Assembly (NCBI GenBank): GCA_948433295.1
Contig: CAOJDT010000001.1
Span: forward strand, 1,869-65,868
Reading direction: 5' to 3'
From: an uncultured bacterium
GTDB lineage: Bacteria > Cyanobacteriota > Vampirovibrionia > Gastranaerophilales > Gastranaerophilaceae
DNA length: 64,000 nucleotides
The notes below the pieces were generated by a model. The model searched no databases, was not told the origin of the DNA, and saw only the letters and a program-made list of their open reading frames with translations. A program made the position numbers and the translations under genes. Positions 17,921-28,167 of this stretch are shown here, piece after piece. Within the stretch, counting starts at the first letter, position 1. Every line of letters starts with the position of its first letter.

Positions 17921-18766
17921 TTACCAAGGGTAATCTTTTTTTAACGTCCAACCGTCAATCATTATTACAGCACCGCAGTATCCGCCTGTACCGGTCTCAC
18001 AGGCAAATGAAGGCACATCAATGTTGCTTCCAATACCGGACATTAAAGCTTCACGTGACGGAGCAGGATGACAATCTAAACCTTTCGGGAAAAAACCGAG
18101 TTTTTTAATACATTCCGTAGCAGTTGGTCGTCCTGCATCTCCCCAACTCATAAGAAACGGAAAGATATCTTTACCTATAGTGTTAGGCTTTTTAGGTCCG
18201 TTAATATCTATATAAAACCATCCGCCATTTCCAGTTCTATGAAGCCAATAATAAACAGAATACCCAGAAGATGTTAGAAAAGACATACCTTTAACATTAA
18301 TTGAAGTTTCAGTACCTTTTATTGTATAAATCTTATCTGTCCAACATTCTGAAGAAGATGGAAGGCATTTTTTTACAGTTTTAATATTCGGAAACATATA
18401 ATTTTCACCAAAGTATATGTCTCTTTCATCAGCATCATCAATATTTCTAAAATCCCAAGAATCCAGAGTTCCGTAGGAACTTTCGGAAATCCTGATTGCT
18501 TGATTTATTTCAGAATAAGCTTTTTTTAATTGCGTAAGTGTTTGTTGTTTTTGATATTTAGCAATTAACGACGGCATTGTCATTGCAGCCACTATTCCGA
18601 TTATGCCCAAGGTAATCAATACCTCTGCCAGAGTAAAGGCTTTTTTACGAAATAGGTTACAATGAGTTACGCCCGTAACATCTGATGTTATATTAAATGC
18701 ATTTATATTATGATGTAAAAATTTAAACGGAGAGCTTAAAAGACCTGCCCCCCCCCCCGAAAACAA
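17921..18766 (-). CDS. Prepilin-type N-terminal cleavage/methylation domain protein (pseudopilin paralog 3)
   Basis: KKA|FTLAEVLITLGIIGIVAAMTMPSLIAKY, YIDINGPKKPNTIGKDIFPF and the C-terminal DGWTLKKDYPW. The tracked start is TTG 18766. The SD-proximal ATG 18788 is out of frame across the G11 tract. Confidence 0.8.
   Translation of the reverse strand: MFSGGGAGLLSSPFKFLHHNINAFNITSDVTGVTHCNLFRKKAFTLAEVLITLGIIGIVAAMTMPSLIAKYQKQQTLTQLKKAYSEINQAIRISESSYGTLDSWDFRNIDDADERDIYFGENYMFPNIKTVKKCLPSSSECWTDKIYTIKGTETSINVKGMSFLTSSGYSVYYWLHRTGNGGWFYIDINGPKKPNTIGKDIFPFLMSWGDAGRPTATECIKKLGFFPKGLDCHPAPSREALMSGIGSNIDVPSFACETGTGGYCGAVIMIDGWTLKKDYPW
18748..18758 (-). repeat. Homopolymeric G11 tract at the 5' end of pseudopilin 3
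   Basis: 11 consecutive C on the + strand. It begins 30 nt after the A of ATG 18788. Confidence 0.95.
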
Positions 18767-18874
18767 CTGTGGTTAGTGATTTTGACATGTAACTCTCCTT
18801 TTCATAAATTACAGTATTTATTATAAACTATTTTTCAATAAATTTCAACAATTTTTTCATAGTATAATATATTT

Positions 18875-19315
18875 ATGAATAAACATTCCGAAAAAGCTAT
18901 GAACTTATTTAGAGAGGGTTACAACTGTGCACAATCAGTATTTTGCACTTTTGCAGAAGAACTGGGCATGGATTTTGATACAGCGTTAAAACTTTCATCT
19001 TCTTTCGGTGGAGGAATGGGAAGAATGCGAGAGGTATGCGGTGCTGTAAGTGCAATATTTATGATTGCAGGATTAAAATACGGCTATACCGAACCTGATA
19101 ATATGGATGTCAAAGCCGAACATTATGCAAGAATTCAAGAACTTGCAAAAAGATTCAAAGATAAGAACGAAACAATTATCTGCCGCGAATTACTCGGTGT
19201 TGACGCCGATGATAATCCTATCCCGTCGGCAAGAACACCCGAATATTACGCCTCCCGTCCTTGCGAACGGTTAATCGGCGAGGCGGCAGAAATCATTTCG
19301 GAATATATGGATTAA
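18875..19315 (+). CDS. C_GCAxxG_C_C family redox protein
   Basis: YNCAQSVF...GGGMGRMREVCGAVSA...CRELL motif pattern. Confidence 0.8.
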   Translation: MNKHSEKAMNLFREGYNCAQSVFCTFAEELGMDFDTALKLSSSFGGGMGRMREVCGAVSAIFMIAGLKYGYTEPDNMDVKAEHYARIQELAKRFKDKNETIICRELLGVDADDNPIPSARTPEYYASRPCERLIGEAAEIISEYMD

Positions 19316-20271
19316 TTGTGCATTTTATGTGTTAAAATTTTACATAACAACGCAAAAGCACCTTTTGTTGCATTTGAATCCTGTAAAGCATTTAACATCA
19401 TAAAATCGTGATGTGCAAGATTAACACGAACACTAATTACATCAACGCCTGCTTCGTCAAGTTTGGCAGCATAAGCTTCGCCTTCATCACGCAAAACATC
19501 GTTTTCATCTGTAATAATAAGAGTGTCAGGCAATCCCGCCAAATCTTCAACACAAGCACATGCCGGAGATACATACAAATCATTTTTATAACTTTTATCA
19601 GGAAGATAAGCATTCCAGAACCATTCCATGGCTTTTTTCGTAAGCCAAGGTCCGTCTTTGTATAGTTTATAAGATTCCGAATCCATATTAGCATCGGTTA
19701 CGGGATACAAGAGTGCCTGAAATAAAATTTTAGGTCCCTTTTCACGCAATGCTCTCAATGCAGTCGCAGTTGCCAAATTGCCGCCTGCACTGTCTCCTGC
19801 AACGACTATTCTGTCAGAATCAATATTAAACTCTTCAGGATTTTCATAAAGATATTCAAGAACCGCATAAGACTGATTTAATGCTGTAGGATAAACAGCT
19901 TCGGGCGAACGGGAATAATCCACGAATACAACAACAGAATTGGTGCATACTGAAAGCTTACGGATAAGCATATCATGAGTTTCTTTGTCTCCGAGAATCC
20001 ATCCGCCCCCATGCAGATAAAGTATTACGGGCAGAGTTACATTATAGTTTTCCGGTCTTACAAGTCTTATACTGACAGTCCCCGCTGTTTGTGTATGAAG
20101 TTCTAAATCCGCAATTGCTGCAGAAATCTCTCTATGAGTTTCTCTTTGTAATTCAACGAGAAACTTTCTTGCCTCATCAGGAGTCATTTCATAAAGTGGT
20201 TTTCCGCCTTTAGCAGAAAGTTTTTCAATAAAAGATTCCGAAATATTTTCTAATTCTGGTTTTTGTGTCAT
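19312..20271 (-). CDS. Alpha/beta hydrolase fold-3 esterase/lipase
   Basis: HGGGW oxyanion motif, GDSAGG nucleophile elbow, C-terminal DxL...HHDF. Confidence 0.8.
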   Translation of the reverse strand: MTQKPELENISESFIEKLSAKGGKPLYEMTPDEARKFLVELQRETHREISAAIADLELHTQTAGTVSIRLVRPENYNVTLPVILYLHGGGWILGDKETHDMLIRKLSVCTNSVVVFVDYSRSPEAVYPTALNQSYAVLEYLYENPEEFNIDSDRIVVAGDSAGGNLATATALRALREKGPKILFQALLYPVTDANMDSESYKLYKDGPWLTKKAMEWFWNAYLPDKSYKNDLYVSPACACVEDLAGLPDTLIITDENDVLRDEGEAYAAKLDEAGVDVISVRVNLAHHDFMMLNALQDSNATKGAFALLCKILTHKMHN

Positions 20272-21377
20272 ATATTCTCCTTTATTTCGATTTTAGCTTT
20301 CTTTTCAATAACATTTTCAAACAAATCAAGCGCTTCAAAAATCGCCTCATCCATTTTTAGATTTTTATACCTTCCAAGTCTTCCGAGAAAATACAAATTT
20401 TTATAGGCTGTGGCATAAGCCGAATATTCTCTGTAAAGCTTCAAATTTTCATCCTTACACACAGGATAGATTCTGTCATTTTCGCCATAAACATATTCCC
20501 TTCGGTATTCCTTTGCAATTACTGTTCCATTAATACGTGACTTTGAGTAATGCTTAAATTCATGTATACGTTCAAAATCCTGTGTGCACGGATAATTGAC
20601 CACTCCGGCAGACTGATAATTTTCACAATCATATTCCTCAATCTGAAATTCTATACTGTCATAAGGAAGCATTCCGAATTTATAATTAAAAAATTCGTCA
20701 ATTGAACCCGTAAAAAAAATTCGCTTAAAATCTTTATGAATCATATATTTGTAATCCGTGTTAAGACAGACTTCTATATTATGATTTTTAAGCATATTTT
20801 CAACAAGAACGGAATAACCTTGCGACGGAATCCCCTGAAATTTATCATTAAACATTCTTGAATCTCTGTTTATTCGAATTTCGGCAACTTCGCCAAAATT
20901 TTCATAAATATACTCCGCAAGAAACTCAAAATCATCATCGTTAAATGCAGTTAAAGTACAAATCCCGACAACAGAGTTATATTTAAAATTCTCAAGAAGC
21001 TTATGTTCAAGCCTTACGGCAAAACTCTGCGGAAACAAGTCATAAAGCGCGTCAATATTTAACGGAAAACTTACCTCTTTACCCTCAACAGCTACACTGC
21101 TCTTATGAATATATGAATTAAATTCCGAAAATTGTTTTACGTAATCCCATACTTTTCTGTTGTCTGTATGAAAAATATGAGAACCGTATTTATGAATTAA
21201 AATACCGTTTTTATCAACATAATCATAACAAATTCCCGCAAAATGCTTTTTCTTGTCTACAACAATAACCTTTTCGCCCAGGGCATTTGCAAGTCTTTCA
21301 GCAATTACGGCTCCGGAAATACCTGCCCCTACAACAAGATTGAGACCATCGTGTTTTTCACTAATCCATTTTTTCAT
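20268..21377 (-). CDS. glf: UDP-galactopyranose mutase-like flavoenzyme
   Basis: N-terminal FAD fold VVGAGISGAVIAERLA, the KYGSHIFHT motif, and a size of 369 aa. Confidence 0.7.
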   Translation of the reverse strand: MKKWISEKHDGLNLVVGAGISGAVIAERLANALGEKVIVVDKKKHFAGICYDYVDKNGILIHKYGSHIFHTDNRKVWDYVKQFSEFNSYIHKSSVAVEGKEVSFPLNIDALYDLFPQSFAVRLEHKLLENFKYNSVVGICTLTAFNDDDFEFLAEYIYENFGEVAEIRINRDSRMFNDKFQGIPSQGYSVLVENMLKNHNIEVCLNTDYKYMIHKDFKRIFFTGSIDEFFNYKFGMLPYDSIEFQIEEYDCENYQSAGVVNYPCTQDFERIHEFKHYSKSRINGTVIAKEYRREYVYGENDRIYPVCKDENLKLYREYSAYATAYKNLYFLGRLGRYKNLKMDEAIFEALDLFENVIEKKAKIEIKENI

Positions 21378-21502
21378 ATAAAAATGTTAATTCCAACATT
21401 CGTTAAAAAAAATAAGCCTGTTGTACAATTATTTTTGACAAAAGTTTTATAAACCTTAATATTAACTTTTGCCTTAAAATTTATTTGATTTCCTGGAAAT
21501 AA

Positions 21503-22405
21503 TCAAGCATTAACCAAATTTTTAATATCGGTTTTCGGAGGATTACCGAACATTTTTTTATACTCTCTACTAAATTGCGTCGGACTTTCATAACCGACAA
21601 GATAACTTGCGGATTCGGCGTTGTGCTCGCCTGAAATCATGAGCCTTTGGGCTTCATATAATCTTAATTGTTTTTGATACTGTAAAGGTGAAATTGTTGT
21701 AACTTTTTTAAAATGTCGATAAAAAGAAGATGTCGCAAGATTTAAACTTTTAGCCAGTTCATCCATATTGATTTTTTCTTTGTAGTTTTCTTTTAATAAA
21801 TTTATTGCACCTGCTATCTGATTATACTGATTTCCTTTTGTATTTGCAGCTTTGATTAAATTTCCAAGTGGTCCTGAGAGCAATAAATAATGGATTTCTT
21901 TCAAAATCATCGGTGCTAATATTTTCTGTTTCCCTTCGGGTTGTTCTAATAATTCTGCAAGTCTGATAAAAGCATTTATTAAATCTTCATCGGCATCAGC
22001 TCCCGCAAAACAAGTTTGATTTTTATTACATTCAGGCTCAATTAACTCCATTTCAGTCATTAATTGAGAAATCAGATAAGAATCCAGCTCAACAACAAGC
22101 CCTATGCATGGATTTTCTTTGGTTGCATCTTTAATCCTGCTCATCAAAGGGATATCAACCGAACACACAATATATTGTCCGGCTCCGAAAGTAAATTCTC
22201 TGTCCCCGAAAATTGTTTGTTTACTTCCCTGCAAAAGCAAAATCGCAAGCGGAGTATAAAAACATTTTTTCAGTTCTGACGGCTCTTCTCTTTTTGAAAT
22301 TTTAAACCCTTTAATCGAAGTATTGTAATATCCTGGTTCATTATAAAGTTTAATAATTTTTTCTTTAATTTGTTCCAATCTGTTCATAAAAAAATTATAG
22401 TACAA
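21503..22405 (-). CDS. AraC-family transcriptional regulator
   Basis: AraC_N-like sensor domain plus a C-terminal dual HTH (SPLQYQKQLRLYEAQRLM...VGYESPTQFSREYKKMFG). Divergent from the 22504 operon. Confidence 0.85.
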   Translation of the reverse strand: MYYNFFMNRLEQIKEKIIKLYNEPGYYNTSIKGFKISKREEPSELKKCFYTPLAILLLQGSKQTIFGDREFTFGAGQYIVCSVDIPLMSRIKDATKENPCIGLVVELDSYLISQLMTEMELIEPECNKNQTCFAGADADEDLINAFIRLAELLEQPEGKQKILAPMILKEIHYLLLSGPLGNLIKAANTKGNQYNQIAGAINLLKENYKEKINMDELAKSLNLATSSFYRHFKKVTTISPLQYQKQLRLYEAQRLMISGEHNAESASYLVGYESPTQFSREYKKMFGNPPKTDIKNLVNA

Positions 22406-22503
22406 ATATGAGAGAATCAGATAAGAAAAAGATAGAATTAGGTCTTACAAAATTTTAAAAATATGTAAATAATATAAAGTGAGTTATTAGGAGAATTTGA
22501 AAT

Positions 22504-23520
22504 ATGAAAAATTTTTTATTAGTTATTGTATTGGCAATTTTTATTTTAAATATTGGAGGTAAAACAATGGCACAGGATGTTTTAAATATAAAACAGCAAG
22601 ATATAATAATGATTTCATCTTATACTGCACGCGGAGATATGGAAAATCTTGAAAAAGCACTTAATAAGGCTCTTGATGACAAAATGACAGCAAACGAAAT
22701 CAAAGAAATTCTTGTTCAAATGTATGCTTATTGTGGATTTCCGAGAAGCCTTAATGCCTTGACAACATTCAAAAAAGTCGCTGAATCAAGAAAAGATATT
22801 AAAAACGGAAAAGCAGGAAAAGTTCTGCCCAAAAATACAGATAAATTTGCCTATGGAGATAAAGTCCAGGTCGAACTGACAGGAAACCATATTCAAGGCG
22901 GAGTTTTTGAATTTGCACCTGCAATTGACCAATATTTAAAAGAACATCTCTTTGCGGATATTTTTGCGCTCGGCGTATTAACATATCAGGAACGCGAAAT
23001 TGCAACAATTTCGGCTCTTTCGTCAATGCAAGGGGTTGAATCTCAATTAAAATCACATATCAAATGCGGAAAAAATACAGGTTTAACAGATGAACAAATC
23101 GCCAAAATCCTTGATTTAACGAAAGAAGCAAGAAGCGGTGCTTTTAATATCGGAGTAAAAAATGATGCTTACGCTCAATATTTCAAAGGTCAAAGTTACT
23201 TACATCCATTAACAACAGATGGTGTAAACACTGCAAATGTTACTTTCGAACCGGGTTGTCGTAACAATTGGCATATTCATCACAAAGGCGGTCAAATTCT
23301 TCTTGTAACATCAGGAAGAGGATACTATCAGGAATGGGGCAAACCTGCTCAAGAATTAAAAACCGGGGATGTTGTGAATATTCCTGCCGAAGTAAAACAT
23401 TGGCATGGAGCGGCTCCTGACAGTTGGTTTGCTCATGTTGCCATAGCTGTTCCTGCAGAAAACGCAGCTACCGAGTGGCTGGAAGAAGTTAGTGACGAAG
23501 AATACAATAAATTAAAATAA
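22504..23520 (+). CDS. Carboxymuconolactone decarboxylase-family + cupin fusion protein
   Basis: CMD-like repeats (EILVQMYAYCGFPRSLNA; REIATISALSS) followed by a cupin (NWHIHHKGGQILLV...HWHGA). Confidence 0.75.
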   Translation: MKNFLLVIVLAIFILNIGGKTMAQDVLNIKQQDIIMISSYTARGDMENLEKALNKALDDKMTANEIKEILVQMYAYCGFPRSLNALTTFKKVAESRKDIKNGKAGKVLPKNTDKFAYGDKVQVELTGNHIQGGVFEFAPAIDQYLKEHLFADIFALGVLTYQEREIATISALSSMQGVESQLKSHIKCGKNTGLTDEQIAKILDLTKEARSGAFNIGVKNDAYAQYFKGQSYLHPLTTDGVNTANVTFEPGCRNNWHIHHKGGQILLVTSGRGYYQEWGKPAQELKTGDVVNIPAEVKHWHGAAPDSWFAHVAIAVPAENAATEWLEEVSDEEYNKLK

Positions 23521-23532
23521 AAGAGGTTATAT

Positions 23533-24087
23533 ATGCAAGAAGTCAGAATTGATTTAAGATTACCGAATGAGGAACGGAATAAAGAAATAAAAAGGAGTTC
23601 CGAACTTTGTTTTAAAATTAATAATACAATGCCGACAACGCCTGAATGCAAAAAACTTATTGATGAACTGTTTAACAACACACTGGGCGAAAATACAGTT
23701 ATAAACCCACCAATTTATACAATTTTGGCAAACAAAATAAAAATTGGCAAAAATGTTGTTATAATGAATGGCTTTCAATGTATGTCAGCAGGCGGTTTAA
23801 CAATAGAAGATAATACCATGATTTCTTTAAACTGTGTAATTGCAACCAACAATCATGACATGTATGATAGAGCCGTAATTACCTGTAAACCTGTTCATAT
23901 AAAGAAGAATGTCTGGATAGGAGTTAATGTAACAATTTTACCGGGTGTAACAATAGGAGAAAATGCTGTTGTTGGTGCTGGAGCCGTCGTAACAAAAGAT
24001 GTTCCCGATAATGCAGCTGTTGTTGGAAATCCCGCTAAAGTGATTAAATATTTGGATGCAGAAAAATTTAAAAATAAGGAGTTATAA
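23533..24087 (+). CDS. Maltose/galactoside O-acetyltransferase-like (LbH) enzyme
   Basis: Mac-type N-terminus and hexapeptide repeats (IGKNVVIM...WIGVNVTILPGVTIGENAVVGAGAVV). Confidence 0.8.
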   Translation: MQEVRIDLRLPNEERNKEIKRSSELCFKINNTMPTTPECKKLIDELFNNTLGENTVINPPIYTILANKIKIGKNVVIMNGFQCMSAGGLTIEDNTMISLNCVIATNNHDMYDRAVITCKPVHIKKNVWIGVNVTILPGVTIGENAVVGAGAVVTKDVPDNAAVVGNPAKVIKYLDAEKFKNKEL

Positions 24088-24723
24088 ATGAAAGTATTAC
24101 TGTTTAATGGTTCACCACATAAAGATGGTTGTACATATACGGCACTTAACGAAATCGAAAAAACACTGAAAGAAGAAGGTGTTGATGCTGAAATATATCA
24201 TATTGGAACAAAACCAATTGCGCCATGTCGTGCCTGCAGGGCTTGTGCTAAAATTGGCAAATGCGTTATTGACGACGGTGTTAATGAATTCCTTGAATAT
24301 GCAAAAGATTTTGACGCATTTGTTTTAGGTTCTCCTGTATATTATGCTGCGGCTGCAGGTGGTGCTGTTTCATTTTTAAACAGAGCTTTCTTTACTGCTT
24401 TTATGTCAGGCAGAGGAAATATCTTTTTGCATAAACCCGGTGCTGCAATAGTAAGCGCAAGACGTGCCGGTACAACTGCAACCCTCGACCAATTAAACAG
24501 ATATTTTACTATTACTCAAATGCCGATAATTTCCGGAAGATATTGGAATATGGTTCACGGGCAATGTCCTGATGATGTCAAACAAGATATTGAAGGATTA
24601 CAAAATATGCGATTCCTTGCCCGTAATATGGCGTATTACCTAAAATGTATTGAAGCCGGCAAAAAATTAGGAATAGAACCTCCAAAACAAGAAGATGTTA
24701 CTTTTACTAATTTTATACACTAA
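24088..24723 (+). CDS. NADPH-dependent FMN reductase / iron-sulfur flavoprotein-like
   Basis: MKVLLFNGSPHKDGCT N-terminus, CRACRAC cysteine cluster, flavodoxin-like fold. Confidence 0.7.
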   Translation: MKVLLFNGSPHKDGCTYTALNEIEKTLKEEGVDAEIYHIGTKPIAPCRACRACAKIGKCVIDDGVNEFLEYAKDFDAFVLGSPVYYAAAAGGAVSFLNRAFFTAFMSGRGNIFLHKPGAAIVSARRAGTTATLDQLNRYFTITQMPIISGRYWNMVHGQCPDDVKQDIEGLQNMRFLARNMAYYLKCIEAGKKLGIEPPKQEDVTFTNFIH

Positions 24724-24735
24724 AAAGGATTTTTA

Positions 24736-25323
24736 ATGAAGAATTTACTATTAATTATTGTTTTAATTATTTTCATTTGCACAGGAATCACATACGCAGT
24801 TACACAAAACAAACGAGGAGATATTATGAGTAATAAAAAAATATTAATAACATATTTTTCTTGGGGCGGTAATACAAAATTTATTGCCGAAAAAATTAAT
24901 GCTCAAGTTGGCGGAGACATGTTCAGAATAGAAACGGCTGTTCCTTATCCCGAGGATTATAATGAAGCAGCTTACGGAGTTGCTAAAAAACAACATGAAG
25001 AAGGCACAAAACCCGAACTTAAAGACAACGGGGATGTTTCAGGATATGATGTTATTTTTGTCGGCACACCTGCCTGGTGGTACGAAATGGCACCTGCCGT
25101 TAAAACATTCTTATCTGAAAACAATTTTGAAGGTAAAACTATAATTCCATTTATAACACACGGCGGTGGCGGTAAATACACTATTGCGGAAAATATGGGC
25201 AAATTTGCAACAGGTGCAAAGGTTCTTGAACCGCTCGTTGTTTATGAAAACGGAGATTCAAACACAGATTCTCAAATAACAAAATGGCTGAATAAATTGG
25301 GATTTGAGAAAGGAAAGAAATGA
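24736..25323 (+). CDS. Flavodoxin-like protein with N-terminal signal/anchor
   Basis: ILITYFSWGGNT...FVGTPAWWY motif pattern of the flavodoxin_4 family. Confidence 0.7.
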   Translation: MKNLLLIIVLIIFICTGITYAVTQNKRGDIMSNKKILITYFSWGGNTKFIAEKINAQVGGDMFRIETAVPYPEDYNEAAYGVAKKQHEEGTKPELKDNGDVSGYDVIFVGTPAWWYEMAPAVKTFLSENNFEGKTIIPFITHGGGGKYTIAENMGKFATGAKVLEPLVVYENGDSNTDSQITKWLNKLGFEKGKK

Positions 25324-26339
25324 AAAGTTTTGTAATATTAGGAATTTCATTGTTAACTTGTATAATGTTTGGCGTTGTAAAAACGTTTGCTTATGCGCCA
25401 CCTAAATCAAGTGAAAATGTTACTGTAAAAAAAGTAAAATTCAAAAACAGAATTGAAATAACAGTTGTCGGAAATTTATACACACCAAAAAATTTGGACA
25501 AAACAAAAAAATATCCTGCAATAATTGTTGGGCATCCGTTTGGCGGAGTAAAAGAACAAACCGCAGGATTGTATGCACAAAAACTTGCTGAAAAAGGTTA
25601 TATTACGCTGGCTTTTGATGCCTCTTTTTATGGTGAAAGCGGAGGTACACCGCGCAAAATAGAAGTTCCTGAAATAAGAGTTGAGGATTACAGTGCAGCA
25701 GTAGATTTTATGAGTAATTATCCTCTTGTTGATGAAGATAAAATCGGGGTTGTCGGAATTTGCGGTGGCGGCGGTTATGCAGTCAGCGCCGCTCAAATTG
25801 ACCATCGTATAAAAGCACTTGCAACTGTCAGTATGTACGATATGGGCAGAGCAAGAAGACAAGGTGTCGGCGATACTTTATCTTATGAAGCCAGAATGAA
25901 AACGCTTGATGAAATCGGAAAGCAAAGAACACGTGAATTCAGAGGCGAAAAACGAAAAGATATTAGAGCATTACCGATAAAAGTGGATGAAACTACTCCT
26001 AAATATGCGCGTGAATTTATAGAATATTATGAAAATCCCGAACGAGGATTACACCCGAATTCAAACGGCTGGTATTCTTATACAAGTTTAGCGCCTATGA
26101 TGAATTTCTTTCCGTTCGCTCAAATTGAAACGATTTCACCAAGACCTGTTTTGTTTATCGTTGGAGAAAACGCTGTTTCAAAATACTTTAGCGATGATGC
26201 TTATTCAAAAGCCACAGAACCTAAAGAACTTTTTGTAATAAAAAATGCAACCCATGTTGATTTATACGATGTTCCTGAGTATATGGGGCAGGCGCTTGAA
26301 AAACTTGATAATTATTTTAAACAATATCTTAAATATTAG
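25320..26339 (+). CDS. Alpha/beta hydrolase (dienelactone hydrolase-like)
   Basis: HPFGGVKEQ and the GICGGGGYA nucleophile region. Last gene of the AraC-adjacent operon. Confidence 0.7.
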   Translation: MKSFVILGISLLTCIMFGVVKTFAYAPPKSSENVTVKKVKFKNRIEITVVGNLYTPKNLDKTKKYPAIIVGHPFGGVKEQTAGLYAQKLAEKGYITLAFDASFYGESGGTPRKIEVPEIRVEDYSAAVDFMSNYPLVDEDKIGVVGICGGGGYAVSAAQIDHRIKALATVSMYDMGRARRQGVGDTLSYEARMKTLDEIGKQRTREFRGEKRKDIRALPIKVDETTPKYAREFIEYYENPERGLHPNSNGWYSYTSLAPMMNFFPFAQIETISPRPVLFIVGENAVSKYFSDDAYSKATEPKELFVIKNATHVDLYDVPEYMGQALEKLDNYFKQYLKY

Positions 26340-26499
26340 CATTAGCAAAAAAAATATAAATAACGATTCTTCCAAACTTAAAGAAGGCAGTCTCCTTACC
26401 TTTGGTTTAGCCGACGATGCAGATATTCCGCTTGAAATATTTTTAAATAATTTCGGTTTAAAAAAAGTTATGGAATATGTTTATCGAAAACAATAGTTT

Positions 26500-26522
26500 G
26501 TAGGAGCAGTTTGTCAATTGCT
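26500..26522 (+). repeat. Left copy of the 23-bp perfect direct repeat bracketing the island
   Basis: GTAGGAGCAGTTTGTCAATTGCT, identical to 43451-43473. Weaker similarity continues for about 16 bp (cttgtaaa-gtaaca vs cttgcaaaaataaca). Confidence 0.9.
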
Positions 26523-26599
26523 TGTAAAGTAACACTCTAGATGATTATTTGTAACAGTAAAAACGAGTATTTGAAATTTATAAATATAAACTAAATTTT

Positions 26600-28078
26600 C
26601 TATTCAAAAATTTGCACTATTTTATTATACAATTCTATATTCCCAACTACAACAATTTCTAATTTGTTTATTGCGCGAGTAATTTGCTGAAAAAACATTT
26701 TTAAAGGAGAGTATGGATTATGAGTAATTTTTCTTGCTTTTAATATATCATCTTCATCGTAATAAAAATGGGAATCCAAAACTGTTATTACATTTTCAAA
26801 TTCTTGTCCTATAACTTGATGAGAAGTCCCTATGGTAGAAAAATCATATTTGTGTGCATCGCACAAAGGCGAATAAAAGCCGGTATTTGGAGTATATGAT
26901 ATATAAGAATAATCCTTTTTTGATTGTATATATTGTTTAGCCTCTTGTATGTTATTAAAAAATGTTATGTTAATATTTTGATCTGAAACTTTTATATGGT
27001 GCTTTCTTTTTAAATCTAATAAGACTATGATAAAATTTGCTAGATCCTTATTCGTTCTTATTTTTCCAGTTAATTGAAATTTGGTTACATTAGAAACATC
27101 AATAGCCCACCCCTCGTTATTATTTAGTGTTTGTTTTTTATCCCCACTCATTATAAGTATAGAATTATTTTTTGAAATATTTGATATAATTTCATCAAAT
27201 TGCTTTTTATTATTCATTCGTTGCACTTCATCAATAACAACAATATCTGGAGGAGTATTTTCAAAAATCGCTTTCCAATTCTTTATTGGACAAATATTCC
27301 ATTTAAAATCTTCACATAGGGTAATATGTCCGTTATTTAAGTTCCCTACATGAATAAGAGAAACCTTATGCCCAGTTTTCATATATTTTTTTACTATACT
27401 ATAAGTTAATAATGTTTTACCACTCCCAGCTTCACCCGTAATCAAAAAGTATTTATGACCATTATTAATGCTTTTTTCTATTTTTTTCTCAATCTCTTCC
27501 TGTTCATTAGTTAAAAAATATTCTCCACTGATAAATTCTTGTGTTTTGTTAAATGGTGATATTAAATAATTACTAGGAATAAATATTTTATCGGGGTTAT
27601 CTGTTATTATATTATTTTTTGTTTGTTCTTTTAAAACAGTGATAACTTTTTGAAAATCACATTGTTTAAGTTCATTATTATCATCTAGTTTCCATATAGT
27701 GTTATCTTGTGCAACATATGTATATAAATACATTTGCTTATTTAAAAAATTTAAATAATATTTATTTTTAATAAGTTGGTTTTGAATTTTTTCTGTATGT
27801 TCACTTTTTAACTCTATATTCAGAACACTACTATCACTAAATCGTAATAAATCAAATTCTTTTCCTATTTGAGGAATAGAATAGCCGAAATAAAAGTTAT
27901 TAAAGTTTTCAATTGAAATTTTATATGATTGTGCTTGTAATATAAATTTCTCCAAAGATTCAATATCAACAATTTTAATTTCGTTACCACAAAAATTAAA
28001 ACTCTTATCTTTTATACAATGAGTTAATTTATTGTGTTCGTATATTTCGACGAGACTTTTTAAATTTATTGCTTTCAT
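26600..28078 (-). CDS. PD-(D/E)xK nuclease-like N-domain + DUF2075 P-loop ATPase/helicase-like protein
   Basis: N-terminal EFDLLRF...VLNIELK (D...ExK pattern), Walker A ITGEAGSGKTLLTY, Walker B VVIDEVQRM. Confidence 0.7.
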   Translation of the reverse strand: MKAINLKSLVEIYEHNKLTHCIKDKSFNFCGNEIKIVDIESLEKFILQAQSYKISIENFNNFYFGYSIPQIGKEFDLLRFSDSSVLNIELKSEHTEKIQNQLIKNKYYLNFLNKQMYLYTYVAQDNTIWKLDDNNELKQCDFQKVITVLKEQTKNNIITDNPDKIFIPSNYLISPFNKTQEFISGEYFLTNEQEEIEKKIEKSINNGHKYFLITGEAGSGKTLLTYSIVKKYMKTGHKVSLIHVGNLNNGHITLCEDFKWNICPIKNWKAIFENTPPDIVVIDEVQRMNNKKQFDEIISNISKNNSILIMSGDKKQTLNNNEGWAIDVSNVTKFQLTGKIRTNKDLANFIIVLLDLKRKHHIKVSDQNINITFFNNIQEAKQYIQSKKDYSYISYTPNTGFYSPLCDAHKYDFSTIGTSHQVIGQEFENVITVLDSHFYYDEDDILKARKITHNPYSPLKMFFQQITRAINKLEIVVVGNIELYNKIVQIFE

Positions 28079-28167
28079 ATAGTTATTGTAGCATAAGAAA
28101 TTCCGTTAAATACTGTATTTACATGCTTAATGTTTCTTAATATATTTATTGTAAAATGAGGTGAATT

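Noticed and set aside
26245-26496. 83-aa ORF overlapping the hydrolase gene end and running to the left direct repeat.
   Set aside because: Its first third overlaps the real hydrolase CDS in another frame and it has no RBS. The tail (…GLADDADIPLEIFLNNFGLKKVMEYVYRKQ) could be a remnant of a gene disrupted at the insertion site, but this cannot be supported from sequence alone.
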